A DNA stretch of 64,000 bases from a virus (Duplodnaviria; Caudoviricetes), in IMG/VR virus record IMGVR_UViG_3300025707_000003, positions 141,704-205,703 of that record; one strand, 5' to 3'. How positions within the stretch are numbered: the first letter of the stretch is position 1; each line of letters begins with the position of its first letter. Positions 54,248 to 64,000 of this stretch are shown piece after piece. The notes below the pieces were generated by a model, which did not search any database, was not told the origin of the DNA, and saw nothing but the letters and a program-made list of their open reading frames with translations. The position numbers and the translations under genes are program-made.

Positions 54248-57200
54248 CTCCTCCTACTCGTTTTGAGGCGGCTTTAATTGCTTTTGCTTGATCACTTAGT
54301 TGATCTAAACCTGCACTTGCACTTGAAACTGCTCCTGCAAATGGATTTCTAAACGATGTCTGTAAGGTATCTGCGTCTTCATCTACCTCAGTAAATGAAG
54401 ATAGCAAGCGATTGTTACCTCGATTGTTAAAATCAAATCCATCACCAAAACCACTTGAAGTAGCAAAACCCCCTTGACCTGGTGGCACTCTCTCGATATT
54501 TTCACCTCGTAAAGCTGTCTGATGCTCTCTCCATTCAACTGATTTCTTCTCGGTCATATTTCTAATGCCTCTCAGTGCTGGGTTCTCAATCTCTAAGAAG
54601 TTGTCTAAGTCTAATGACCCCTCCAATAAGATTGCGTCTGTGCTGTGTATTCTACATTCGCAAACCACATTCCCATCTTCACTAGGGTAAATCTCTGAAA
54701 GAGCTGAAGGGATGTTCGTAATGATCTGTTCATCACTACGAGTCATTAACCTATTCGCTAACACACTCGCATCATCCTTGGTTATTGCGTTATCATCTGT
54801 ATCTCGTTTTTCTGCGTCTAACCCTAACCCAACCCTAAGACGATCTCTATCTTCTGCTGATAGAGACATTACTCTGCGTATATACTGTTGCTTCAATCTC
54901 TTTCTAAAATCTGTTTGGTTACTGGCTTCATCTAAGTTATCCATCGCTTCATCTAACCCTTTCGGAGTCAATACCTGTGAGGGATCTTGCCTTAAAAGAG
55001 CGTCAAATAATGTGCCTCTTGAGGGGCTTAAACCACGACCATATTGATACGCCCCAAATACCTCATACCCCTTAGCATCAGAAATAGGGAAGATTGGTGT
55101 GATGGTAGGAGTCGTATCTTTTTTCGTTGTGTATGTAGTCCCACTGAGTTCTACCGTACCCAAATCTGCTGTAGGGAGGATCGTATTTGGTTTAATCGTT
55201 CTATATACAAAACCCCTCACCGCAGTTATTAACTCTTCTTGCGTTTTGACATTTGCTTCTGTGGGGTTTGCAGTTAGCTCTTTCCATTTATCTTCATTGT
55301 ACGCAAGCTTTACTTTCTCTTTAGTCAACTTTCTAAGAGCATATACGATGACGGAAGCAAAGTGGCTGGCCAACGAGTTTGTATTTGTGACTACTTTACC
55401 CGCCCGACTCCGTTTAGCAGTTGGAGGGAACTTAATGTCTAGTCCTGTACTTTTACTTTTTTTAGAAGAGGCTAAGGTTTCCGTTGTTCCTGCAAAGATC
55501 TCTGTACCATTTGCAAAGTAATCACTTGCTTCTGCACTATCCCAATTCGCTACAGGAAAGTCGATTCTAAGAAGAGGTACTTTCAGTTTGTCTATTTTAG
55601 GGTCTGCTGATGCATTGAAGAATCTTTCAATGATAGTACCAGCCTTTGTATTTTGATTGAAGTTTTTTGCTTTAAGCAATGCACCTTTAATATGTCTATA
55701 CAAACCCTCCCAATACTCAGTTCCTGGTTTATAGTTCCTTTGAAACCAAACCTGTGAGATTTTAAGTATAGGGCCTTTTGACTTACTTACAGAGAATTGA
55801 CTAGTAACTTGAAAAGACAAAGATGTGATGTCTTTAGTCGGCACATACTCTACACCATTAGAATACATTGTTTTCGTCATCAAACCCCTAACGATCTGTC
55901 CACGAGTGGATGAATCATTGCCGAAGACAACGGTATCCCCATCTCCATCGGGTTTAGCCTTGACTACATTATCCTTAACAGTGTCGGGTACATTGTCATT
56001 GAAACGAAGTTCGGGAACTTCTCTTTGTGTGTCTATGTTGTACTCAGTCAACTCTGGACCTTGATGTTCGGGACTTGGGTGTGATGATGAATAGTATCTA
56101 AAGTAACCCTGTGCTTTCGGAACAAAGCTCGATTTCTTATCCGAGAGAGCTGACATCAAGTTCTGTAAGGGAGAGTTGCTAGGATTACGACCCTGTGGTG
56201 ATTGGATAAGGTAAATAAGGTCAAGGATCGTAGCTGTATTAGATTCCCCTGTAGGGTTGGGGTTTTTCTTTGTGCCTGCTTCACCATAGACACCTGCTGT
56301 ACCTACTGCCTTCTGGATGTCGCCCTGTACTGATTCCAATCTATTAGCTTCTTTTTTCCTTGCTTTTTCAACCTTCGCGGATTGACCCCCTTTCCCTATC
56401 GCCAATGCGGCATTCCCTGCGTCCTTACGAGATTTATCCGTAATCGTCTTTAACTCTGCTGTGCCTGCAATCTCACCCTTCACTAAAGGAAGCACTACTT
56501 TTCTTGGTGCAGACCCATCACTTGAAGGGACCATTAAAAACCAAGGGCCTTTACGAAGATCCACATTAGGCTCTGCATTGAGAATACCCAATCGCATACC
56601 CTCATTGATAATCATGTTCCTATAACGCACACGCTCCTTTGGTTTTTTACCTCCTATGTTATGGAAGTCTGGTGTATAGAACAACATACTTGGACTAATG
56701 TTCTGGTGGTCAAAAGCCATGACCACATTGGGGAATCCAGTGATCTTTTTATAAGCAACATCACTGTCTTGTGATTGAGCATTAATTTGTCTGCTACCCT
56801 CATCTGTTCGATCATACCTCTTGTAAATATATCTTTCGGGTAACTCGGTGCGACCTAGATCTACTGCACGAGAAGGATCATCCCTATACTTAACTGAAGC
56901 ATCTCCTGGTGGAATAAACTTTTTACGCTGACAAGTTAAGGTAAGCGATGTCGTGCATGAGCCACCATAACTGAATGAATGATTGATTGATTCCACATAA
57001 TAATAGCAATCGTTCTCCTCAATGTAGACAGGATATCCTGCTTTCATTTCGGGTCTTAGAGGAATGGTCACACTACACCCCTCTGTCGTCTTATTTTGCT
57101 TGTCTAATTCTACAGCCGCCGCATAGTATGCTTGCCTTCCATTACTGTAAAAAGATGAGTCAAAATCTTGACCCTTCCAACCATATTTGGCGACCAAAGC

Positions 57201-58622
57201 GTAGTCCACATAGACACCCTTAACACCCCATTCTCCTGTAGGGGCGACTCCATTAAAGTTCCTAAAGTGAGATCCCTTCATAGTAACATAAGTCGCTTCG
57301 GGTTCAGCATGGGTAAAACTAATGTCGATTATATCTTCTCTGTAAATGTTATAGACTCGATCAGAAGAGGTATCCATGTTGTACATAGGGGGTTTAAATA
57401 CTAAGTCTCCATCCATGTCTTGGTAGAACTCATAGCCAGTTGCTTCACATACACGATTCGCTATGCTTTTCTTACTCTCCATGTTTGACTCAAAGAAAGA
57501 GATTTGACCAAATGAACCTAAGTCGGGTACGAAAGGTTTTAGTTGGAAAACACTCAACCCTTTCTTATCTTTCTCTGTTACTTTACCTAATAACCTCGCG
57601 TCCATTGTCCTTTGAACACGACCCTGTGTTGCGTTGTTATGTTCAAACGCTATCAAACCAGCCTTAACCATTCGAGAGAAAGAAATCCCTTTACTTTTCT
57701 CTTGTGAATAAGGTTTCTGTTGTTGTTTAATTACTCCCCTAAACTCAGCCTGCTTTTCACCTTTAGTCACAGTTTTATTCGCTACGATCTGTGTCTCTAT
57801 CGCTGAATACATACGACCCGATGCACCATACATACGAAGCCCATACATACCATTCTTGAATCGTTGCTCTAAGTACCTAATCATCAATGAGTAAAGCTGA
57901 GGTCCTGTACCCGATCTCGCTTTAATGTTCGACTTCTTTGATAAAGCGAAACCAGTACCCTCTGCACTACCTCCTGAATCTAAGAACAAATCATAAATGA
58001 CTTGGTGAGGGGTCATCCCTGTATATACATGACCTCTAAGATTAACTGAACCACGAGACATCGTAGGATCAGCGGCAAAGTATCCTTGCTGTGTATTGAT
58101 CTGTTGGTTATCCCAAAAAGAGAGCATATTTCTCGTGGATATAGACACATCATACGCCCCGTCCGTTAGTGAGACATCAACTCCCGATATGACTCCATGA
58201 AAGACAGGGTAATAAGGTCGAATCTCAGTATCTGGTGCTGATAATGTTTCTCCATTCTCTAGGTCTATATTGTCAGCTTTTAAGGCAAGCTCTTTTACTT
58301 GGAAGAATCCCCTATAATAAACGAAAACCTCAATCCCCGATACGAGGATAAACTTACCGTCTTTATATACAGAGTCTCCATAAGCCCAAGGGATCTTCAA
58401 AGATATATCACAACCGTTAGATCCATCTACCCCACCACTTGCACTCACTGTAGTGATGAATCTTGAGAAATCAATCTTGTTCCTACAAGTTGGGCAACCA
58501 GGTAATGTTGTTTCACCATTAAAAGTAACGATGGCATCGGGAGTCCATGAACGAGTCTTTCGGTACTTATTTACAAAGTCTTCTGACCAGTTTCCTGCGT
58601 ATGGTCTATTACTTACTTTCAT
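54234..58622 (-). CDS. Baseplate hub (gp27/gpD-like) protein with large insertions
   Basis: YEFYQDMDGDLVFKPP, SVTIPLRPEMKAGYPVY...YYVESINHSFS...TTSLTL. Confidence 0.75.
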   Translation of the reverse strand: MKVSNRPYAGNWSEDFVNKYRKTRSWTPDAIVTFNGETTLPGCPTCRNKIDFSRFITTVSASGGVDGSNGCDISLKIPWAYGDSVYKDGKFILVSGIEVFVYYRGFFQVKELALKADNIDLENGETLSAPDTEIRPYYPVFHGVISGVDVSLTDGAYDVSISTRNMLSFWDNQQINTQQGYFAADPTMSRGSVNLRGHVYTGMTPHQVIYDLFLDSGGSAEGTGFALSKKSNIKARSGTGPQLYSLMIRYLEQRFKNGMYGLRMYGASGRMYSAIETQIVANKTVTKGEKQAEFRGVIKQQQKPYSQEKSKGISFSRMVKAGLIAFEHNNATQGRVQRTMDARLLGKVTEKDKKGLSVFQLKPFVPDLGSFGQISFFESNMESKKSIANRVCEATGYEFYQDMDGDLVFKPPMYNMDTSSDRVYNIYREDIIDISFTHAEPEATYVTMKGSHFRNFNGVAPTGEWGVKGVYVDYALVAKYGWKGQDFDSSFYSNGRQAYYAAAVELDKQNKTTEGCSVTIPLRPEMKAGYPVYIEENDCYYYVESINHSFSYGGSCTTSLTLTCQRKKFIPPGDASVKYRDDPSRAVDLGRTELPERYIYKRYDRTDEGSRQINAQSQDSDVAYKKITGFPNVVMAFDHQNISPSMLFYTPDFHNIGGKKPKERVRYRNMIINEGMRLGILNAEPNVDLRKGPWFLMVPSSDGSAPRKVVLPLVKGEIAGTAELKTITDKSRKDAGNAALAIGKGGQSAKVEKARKKEANRLESVQGDIQKAVGTAGVYGEAGTKKNPNPTGESNTATILDLIYLIQSPQGRNPSNSPLQNLMSALSDKKSSFVPKAQGYFRYYSSSHPSPEHQGPELTEYNIDTQREVPELRFNDNVPDTVKDNVVKAKPDGDGDTVVFGNDSSTRGQIVRGLMTKTMYSNGVEYVPTKDITSLSFQVTSQFSVSKSKGPILKISQVWFQRNYKPGTEYWEGLYRHIKGALLKAKNFNQNTKAGTIIERFFNASADPKIDKLKVPLLRIDFPVANWDSAEASDYFANGTEIFAGTTETLASSKKSKSTGLDIKFPPTAKRSRAGKVVTNTNSLASHFASVIVYALRKLTKEKVKLAYNEDKWKELTANPTEANVKTQEELITAVRGFVYRTIKPNTILPTADLGTVELSGTTYTTKKDTTPTITPIFPISDAKGYEVFGAYQYGRGLSPSRGTLFDALLRQDPSQVLTPKGLDEAMDNLDEASNQTDFRKRLKQQYIRRVMSLSAEDRDRLRVGLGLDAEKRDTDDNAITKDDASVLANRLMTRSDEQIITNIPSALSEIYPSEDGNVVCECRIHSTDAILLEGSLDLDNFLEIENPALRGIRNMTEKKSVEWREHQTALRGENIERVPPGQGGFATSSGFGDGFDFNNRGNNRLLSSFTEVDEDADTLQTSFRNPFAGAVSSASAGLDQLSDQAKAIKAASKRVGGDDND

Positions 58623-58631
58623 ATTAACTCC

Positions 58632-59705
58632 TTAAAAGCCACCTAGATCAACATCGCCTGCTATAGAAGATAAAGCGTCAAGGGTACTTTGACCAATCGA
58701 ACTAGCACTGCTTCCTATATCACTGAGATCATCACCCATCTGACCTATGCTACCCACTTGATCGGCACTCGCTGAAGGTGGCTTCATAGGCAATAAATGA
58801 GACTTATATTCAAAGCCCTCTTGGGTGTGCTTAAACACCGTAAAGCTCATACTAAACTCAATCCCACCATGTGGTTGATCTTCGCTTAAAGAATACTCCA
58901 TGCTCTTAAGACGACCTTCCCAAGTCTGTCCATCATAGTGAATACATTGTGTACCCACTGCATGATAAGCTCTCGACCTACCAAGAAGATCTACAATAGT
59001 CGCACTGTTCCTATATAAAGCGAGGATGGATGTTAGATTTCTGAACGCTAAACTATCTCTGCGACTCACATATTGTAAGCCAGATATGCCTTGAATGTTC
59101 CCGTCAAAGTCTGGTACTTCTACTTTATCTCTACCTGCTATAAATGCACCTATCGTACAGTTGATTGTGATCTCGGTTTGTTCCTCTCCCCAACGATGAA
59201 AGATAAAACCATAGCGAGTTACATCTCCATAACTCTGCCGATCTGTATAGTTAAAAGAAATAGAGTTAGGGTTGATAGCAAATACAATAGGGGGCAAGTC
59301 TAACATACGCCTGTGTTGTGCCATGATTGAACGGATCTGATCTCGGTCTGTAAACCCAGCATCTTGTCTTAACTCATTGTTCTCATCTCTTCTCGCTCCA
59401 TCTATTGGTCTTAATGCGTAAGTAGGGAGATTAGGCTTGAACATCGCCACCTCTTTATTCTGCATTGAAGAAATCCTGCCCCTAGACTGACTGACACCAC
59501 TAAAAGGCTGACCACTAGGGTTTTTTATATACTCACCAATGTAAGGTGGGTTTAGCCTCAATACAAAAGGAGACATGGATCTTAAATGTTCCATACGACC
59601 ATGTTCTAAAGGGATCGCCCCTGGATTATCTTCGGGGAATAAAATAAACTCTTCTGTGGTTGGTAAGTCTACAAAGGGCTTTGTGTCTACTGTTGCTTTA
59701 GCCAT
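58632..59705 (-). CDS. Tail tube initiator-like baseplate protein
   Basis: FAINPNSISFNY...WGEE..EITI...GRLKSMEYSLSE...FSMSFTV. Confidence 0.65.
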   Translation of the reverse strand: MAKATVDTKPFVDLPTTEEFILFPEDNPGAIPLEHGRMEHLRSMSPFVLRLNPPYIGEYIKNPSGQPFSGVSQSRGRISSMQNKEVAMFKPNLPTYALRPIDGARRDENNELRQDAGFTDRDQIRSIMAQHRRMLDLPPIVFAINPNSISFNYTDRQSYGDVTRYGFIFHRWGEEQTEITINCTIGAFIAGRDKVEVPDFDGNIQGISGLQYVSRRDSLAFRNLTSILALYRNSATIVDLLGRSRAYHAVGTQCIHYDGQTWEGRLKSMEYSLSEDQPHGGIEFSMSFTVFKHTQEGFEYKSHLLPMKPPSASADQVGSIGQMGDDLSDIGSSASSIGQSTLDALSSIAGDVDLGGF

Positions 59706-59707
59706 GA

Positions 59708-60379
59708 CTAAAACCTTTCTGAAGGCATTTGAGTTCTTACTCCATGATACTCCCTCTCCACTTGCATCGCCAAACTCACATTAAAACTGTAAGGTGTGTT
59801 TGCGTCATCTGTCACACTAAAAGACTGAAACCACCCGAACCATACCCCTCCGTCAAAGATCATCTTGATCTTACCTTGTACGATGACCCTACCTGTCTGA
59901 TCATAGATCGACCCATTGTTATGAAAGAGAGCGAGTAGGTCGAGGTACTTATCATAAGTGATTGTCTCTCGTCTTGTGCCACCTATACTTGTTCCGATAG
60001 TTGTTTCTTTAAGTGGTGGAGGACCCATGAAATCAGTGTAAGTTGTCGATGTTTGAGAGTTAGGGGGGATTGTTACTGGGCCAGTCACTGCACTTAGACC
60101 AGTATAGGGTCTGATGAAAGCACCACTAGATGCTTCAAGTGATATGGTCGTAGGGTTATCTCCCCAATAGTATTCAATCCAACCACTCAGCGTGGGAGAA
60201 ATCTCATGCTTCTTCTCGTATGAGAATGAGATGTTCTTCGGGTTTGCGTGTAAGGTCATCTTCACATCATCGGGCAACAAAGAGGTAACCCCATCGGGAG
60301 CGACTATATCAAAGACAAAAGGTCTAATACCTAGATTGGAATCGGCTATGTCTTTATGTGGTATGGGTGATTTAATCAT
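59708..60379 (-). CDS. Tail tube initiator-like baseplate protein (paralog of previous)
   Basis: LHANPKNISFSY...YWGDNPTTISL...GWFQSFSVTDDA...FNVSLAMQV. Confidence 0.7.
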   Translation of the reverse strand: MIKSPIPHKDIADSNLGIRPFVFDIVAPDGVTSLLPDDVKMTLHANPKNISFSYEKKHEISPTLSGWIEYYWGDNPTTISLEASSGAFIRPYTGLSAVTGPVTIPPNSQTSTTYTDFMGPPPLKETTIGTSIGGTRRETITYDKYLDLLALFHNNGSIYDQTGRVIVQGKIKMIFDGGVWFGWFQSFSVTDDANTPYSFNVSLAMQVEREYHGVRTQMPSERF

Positions 60380-63300
60380 CTAGTCCCTCCCATGATTTTA
60401 TCTTGTGCTTTTTTGATTTCGTTCACAACTTGACGACCAGTGTCCACAGGGTTCTTTGATCCATCAACAGTGATTGAGATGTTAAAGTTCCCACCTCCAC
60501 CTCCACCTCCATATTTAGAGATGGCTTGATCTACATAGTTATTGACAGCCCCACCTGGTTTGGTCATCGCCATTGCACCACCACCTAAAGGGGAGGGGAG
60601 ATCTTGAGGGTCAATGCTCCAAAGATTGCCTCGTCCATCAAGCCAAAAGTCCTTCTTTTTTTTAGCTTTAGCTACTATTTTTTTAGCTTTAGTTTCTGCT
60701 GGAGTACCTGCTGTGTTACCTGCTGTAGTACCTGCTGGAGTACCTGCTGTGTTACCTGCTGGAGTACCTGCTGTAGGAGTTCCTGCTGTAGCAGGTGTAG
60801 AGTTAAAGCCTAATAGAGATCTTGCCGCTTGATTGCCAGTTAAAGCCCTACTATTAACCATACGCTGTATCCCCTCTTCTCCTTTTCTCTTTTGATAAGC
60901 GTCATAGACCTTTCCAGCGGAAGCCTCTTTACCTAAACCAAGCATATCTCGCATCTCTTGTATCTCTTTATCTTCCATTTCTTTTTGGGCCTGAATATAC
61001 GCATTTTTTGCAGTTTCTTCCTCTATCTCTTGTCTTGCTTTAGCGTCTACCTTCGCTTGGTTTTGGAGGTCTGATTTCTTTAATGGAGCGTTTAACTCTG
61101 CGACTGCCTCTTTCGATAGTTCTGCATTTACATCCTTTTCACTTATGTTTTTTCCAATCTCCTTATCCCATACATCTTCAACTAAAGTTTTATCCTTTCC
61201 TTCCTTATCCTTCCCTATTAGTTTCCTGGTAGATTGACCCATCGCCATACCCTTAGAAGAAAGATCCAATCTCATTTCATTTTGTGCCATAAATTTCAAT
61301 ACTTCGGGAGACATTTCTTCTCTCTTTGTAGTAGTAATATACTTCATAAGATCACGATGCGTACCCCCTCCTATAATATCTGCGATAGGGGCAAACTGTT
61401 TAGCGATCTTATCCACTGCTTCCCCTAAAGCACCCTCCTCTTTACCTGTCCTCGCTCTTGTTTTTAGTGCTGTGTCGCCACTCAATCTTAGCATTTCCTC
61501 TTTGGTCTGAGTTCCAACTCCTAAATGATACGAGGTGGTCTGCAAGTTCCTTAACTGTTCTCTTGATCTACCCTCTCTTGCCTTTAACTCAACTAGATCT
61601 TTTTCTTTCTGAGCTAGTGCTTTTTGGTCAGCCTCATACTTTTTCTTCTCCTTACCGTCCATTTTCTTTTTAAAAGACAAACTGTGGAGTCTTTCTTTTT
61701 CAGCCTTAATCTTAGCTTCTTCTAACTTTTTCTCCTCAGATAGAGCTTGGACTCGCTCTCCCACGAGTTCTAAGGCATCTTTTCTGTTCTGTTTCTCAGC
61801 AGGATTAGCCCCCTTACCAGAGAAGAAAGACACCATATTATATATCCCACCCGAAATGTCATTCAAGATCCCTGCTATCGTGTTATTCAAGACATCGAAT
61901 ACAGAGGTAGTTGCTTTGATTCCTTCAGATAAATACTGCTCTTGGGTTTTAGCCGCTTCTTCTGGTTTGAGTCCTTCAAACTTAGCCTCGTCTTGTGCTT
62001 GCAAGTAATCAGAGAAGTTATCAACAGCCGTCTTAGTTGATAAGGAAATAAGTTTACCGTCTTTTGCTTCCAACCCTTGTTTCGCTAAGAAGGTCTTTTC
62101 CTCTGAAGTAAGTTTTCTATCGTCCTTATTAGCCACCTTAGCGATTTCTTCGGCTTTCCTCATATCACCCTTCATTGTTGTTTGAAGTTGGGCGAACGCT
62201 TCTATTTGCTCTTTAGTGACATCAAACTTAGTTAACATTTCTTTTGTAACCACGCCTGCATCATTTAAATCCTTGTCTCCAATCCTAGACTCGATCATAG
62301 AAAACTTAGTCTTTAAGTTTGCCGAGGCCCCCTGCTCTTCTTGAGCACCTTGCACCTCTGCCGATGTCGCTTTATCTTTTGTACCTCTAGCAAGCCTTAT
62401 GAACTTATATAGTTGATCGGTGAACTCTCCAGTTGCATCCTCCCCCCCTACTTCTTTCATCCTCGAAAATAAGTCCTGTCTTCCCTTATTATCAAGATGT
62501 GCTAACTTTTTGATCAGATCTGCTTCATCTTCCGCACCTAGCGTTTTATCCTCCATAAGTTTTTGCATCATGCCCCCTTTCCCAGTCTCACCCCCGAAAG
62601 ACTCCTTAAAGGATTTCCCAAACTTAATCGCTTCTACCTTTAATGTCTTTTTGACTTCCTTTGACTTGGCCAGCATATTACGCTTCATTTGTTCAAGGTA
62701 TCCCTCACTTCTGAACCCAGAGAACAGAGATTGTAGAGCTTTATCTAGTCCACTCTTACCAAGGACAGAAGCGAATCTAAGGAATAAAGTACCAGCTTCT
62801 TTTGTTCTGTAGTTCATGTTCTCAAGTTGGTCAGTGAGTTCTTGTACCTTCTTGAAAAAGTTCCCTGTAGAGTAGCTTGATTGTAAAGCCATATCTCTAA
62901 TGTTGGCAAAGTCTCCTGCCATTTTGCCAATAATAGAACCGTCTTTAGCAGACACCCCTAAGTCATGTGAAAACTTAGCCATGTACCCTTGGGCTTCGTC
63001 CATCGAGATACCAAGACCAAAAGCCATACCCTTAGCTGACTTCATGGCTTCTTTCATTTTCACCATGCTTGATTCTTCACCCCCAAACTGTTTGATACCC
63101 ATATTCAAACTATTAAAACCAGCCACTAGAGCCATCGTATCTGCAAGGGGTATACCCATAGCGTTGGCAAAGTCTTTATCTCTAAAGGTGTCTCTTACTT
63201 TCTCAAGATTTTTCTGTGTGTCTCCTGTCCCTAATTTAATATCGTCAATCGCCACACCACCCTCTAAGAGAGCTTTATTTGCTTCGAGGACAGTTCCCTC

Positions 63301-63999
63301 TACGAACTGAAAGAGCTTTACGAGCATCATGATTGAGCCACCTATAACAGCAACCGTACTTACTACCTTAGACAGTCCACCGAGCATATCCGCAAACTCT
63401 TTACTTCCTTTACCTGCCCCCGCCTTTTCTTCTGCTTCACCTGCTTTCTCAGATAAAAACCCACCTAATGATTTAAGACCTCCTGCAAAAGTGTTACCCC
63501 AACTCTCAAGATCCTTAGCTCCCGAAGTGAAAGCACTAACTGACGCTTCAAACCTGTTAGAGAACTTTTCTTCTATCATAGCACCAGTTTTACCAAGTTC
63601 TTTGATACGCTCTTCTCGGTTCTCTAGCACTTTAGAGTATTGTAGGAGACTATGCTCTGCCCCCTTACCAAACTCAGCGGCATTCTTCTGCATCAGTTTA
63701 GCTTCTCTAGCCAACTTGTTTATTTCTTGATTGATTTTCCCAACGACCTTGAGCTGTGCGTCCCTCCCTTTTGCATTACCCTCTTGATCTAATTTGAGGA
63801 GCTTTTCCTTTGCCTCTCTAAGATTGTTAGTCGCCTCAACCTGTGCTTCTTGAGCTTGCTTTGCGGCTGTAATGATACGCATTGCAGATTTCTCATCGCC
63901 TGCCCTAAGAGTCTTGTCGATGAGTTTGTCTTGTTCTTTAAGGACAGCTTGTAGGTCTTTAATCGACCCGATTGACCCCTTTAATATGTCAGACTGACC
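60376..63999 (-). CDS. Tape measure protein (5' end outside window)
   Basis: Long helical Ala/Gly/Lys/Glu-rich ORF, open in frame from 63882 to the window edge; C-terminal GGGGGNFNISITVDG tail; upstream of baseplate genes. Confidence 0.8.
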   Translation of the reverse strand, partial: GQSDILKGSIGSIKDLQAVLKEQDKLIDKTLRAGDEKSAMRIITAAKQAQEAQVEATNNLREAKEKLLKLDQEGNAKGRDAQLKVVGKINQEINKLAREAKLMQKNAAEFGKGAEHSLLQYSKVLENREERIKELGKTGAMIEEKFSNRFEASVSAFTSGAKDLESWGNTFAGGLKSLGGFLSEKAGEAEEKAGAGKGSKEFADMLGGLSKVVSTVAVIGGSIMMLVKLFQFVEGTVLEANKALLEGGVAIDDIKLGTGDTQKNLEKVRDTFRDKDFANAMGIPLADTMALVAGFNSLNMGIKQFGGEESSMVKMKEAMKSAKGMAFGLGISMDEAQGYMAKFSHDLGVSAKDGSIIGKMAGDFANIRDMALQSSYSTGNFFKKVQELTDQLENMNYRTKEAGTLFLRFASVLGKSGLDKALQSLFSGFRSEGYLEQMKRNMLAKSKEVKKTLKVEAIKFGKSFKESFGGETGKGGMMQKLMEDKTLGAEDEADLIKKLAHLDNKGRQDLFSRMKEVGGEDATGEFTDQLYKFIRLARGTKDKATSAEVQGAQEEQGASANLKTKFSMIESRIGDKDLNDAGVVTKEMLTKFDVTKEQIEAFAQLQTTMKGDMRKAEEIAKVANKDDRKLTSEEKTFLAKQGLEAKDGKLISLSTKTAVDNFSDYLQAQDEAKFEGLKPEEAAKTQEQYLSEGIKATTSVFDVLNNTIAGILNDISGGIYNMVSFFSGKGANPAEKQNRKDALELVGERVQALSEEKKLEEAKIKAEKERLHSLSFKKKMDGKEKKKYEADQKALAQKEKDLVELKAREGRSREQLRNLQTTSYHLGVGTQTKEEMLRLSGDTALKTRARTGKEEGALGEAVDKIAKQFAPIADIIGGGTHRDLMKYITTTKREEMSPEVLKFMAQNEMRLDLSSKGMAMGQSTRKLIGKDKEGKDKTLVEDVWDKEIGKNISEKDVNAELSKEAVAELNAPLKKSDLQNQAKVDAKARQEIEEETAKNAYIQAQKEMEDKEIQEMRDMLGLGKEASAGKVYDAYQKRKGEEGIQRMVNSRALTGNQAARSLLGFNSTPATAGTPTAGTPAGNTAGTPAGTTAGNTAGTPAETKAKKIVAKAKKKKDFWLDGRGNLWSIDPQDLPSPLGGGAMAMTKPGGAVNNYVDQAISKYGGGGGGGNFNISITVDGSKNPVDTGRQVVNEIKKAQDKIMGGTR
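60701..60800 (-). repeat. Coding repeat (TAGTP-type units) in tape measure C-terminus
   Basis: GGAGTACCTGCTG-type units encoding TPATAGTPTAGTPAGNTAGTPAGTTAGNTAGTPA. Confidence 0.8.
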
Positions 64000-64000
64000 A

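Noticed and set aside
10800-63730. Many antisense or overlapping ORFs in the six-frame track (e.g. 11074..11460, 19323..19772, 29208..29663, 55099..55521, 62900..63310)
   Set aside because: They are shadows of longer RBS-supported genes on the other strand and show no motifs or RBS.
32244-63999. Inteins, introns or a DGR in the large structural genes
   Set aside because: No intein terminal motifs, embedded homing endonuclease, reverse transcriptase or template/variable repeat pair recognised.
1-64000. tRNA or rRNA genes
   Set aside because: GTTCGA-like hits fall inside coding regions without cloverleaf context. A tRNAscan run would be needed to exclude atypical tRNAs.
1-64000. Stop-codon reassignment
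   Set aside because: Coding density is high and ORFs are long (3039, 1462 aa) in the standard code; TAG, TGA and TAA all end genes at plausible boundaries.
1-64000. Assignment to nucleus-forming (chimallin/PhuZ) phages or to a specific host
   Set aside because: No such marker genes are recognisable in this window; the host cannot be determined from it.

Overview
The window looks like part of a large (probably jumbo) contractile-tailed phage genome in standard genetic code, about 40% GC in sampled lines. No tRNA, rRNA, CRISPR array, integrase or transposase is recognisable. Layout: (1) 1-7.4 kb, a recombination/replication block (partial RecA-like C-terminus, Cas4/RecB-like Fe-S nuclease, beta-clamp-like protein, stand-alone C-terminal half of an SbcC/Rad50 ATPase, RuvC-like resolvase) interrupted by antisense genes. 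(2) 8.3-31.5 kb, an accessory/early region of short promoter-stem-loop-RBS-gene cassettes. The motif GTAACCCCTTAT(C/T)TAT occurs 21 times in the window, and every divergence point is a back-to-back motif pair. This region holds a MoxR/CobS AAA + HExxH peptidase + vWA trio and Mrr_N-like, HTH, J-like, HNH, DUF6011-like and DUF4258-like genes. (3) 31.7-45 kb, a virion-type block with a 3039-aa protein. (4) 45-52 kb, a second accessory patch with a PAPS-reductase-family gene and three genes sharing the leader MRRSASEIIxxLExRVARLEK. (5) 52-64 kb, a minus-strand tail block (tape measure, two tube-initiator-like proteins, hub, spike). Most notable: the shared leader peptide on different passenger domains (candidate capsid-targeting/cleavage signal), the modular promoter-cassette system with long perfect inverted repeats, an AAA ATPase with reciprocally altered Walker A/B residues beside a peptidase-vWA pair split by a promoter cassette, and two hairpin-rich GC-skew switch points (candidate origins). 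All family assignments come from motif recognition by eye, not database searches.
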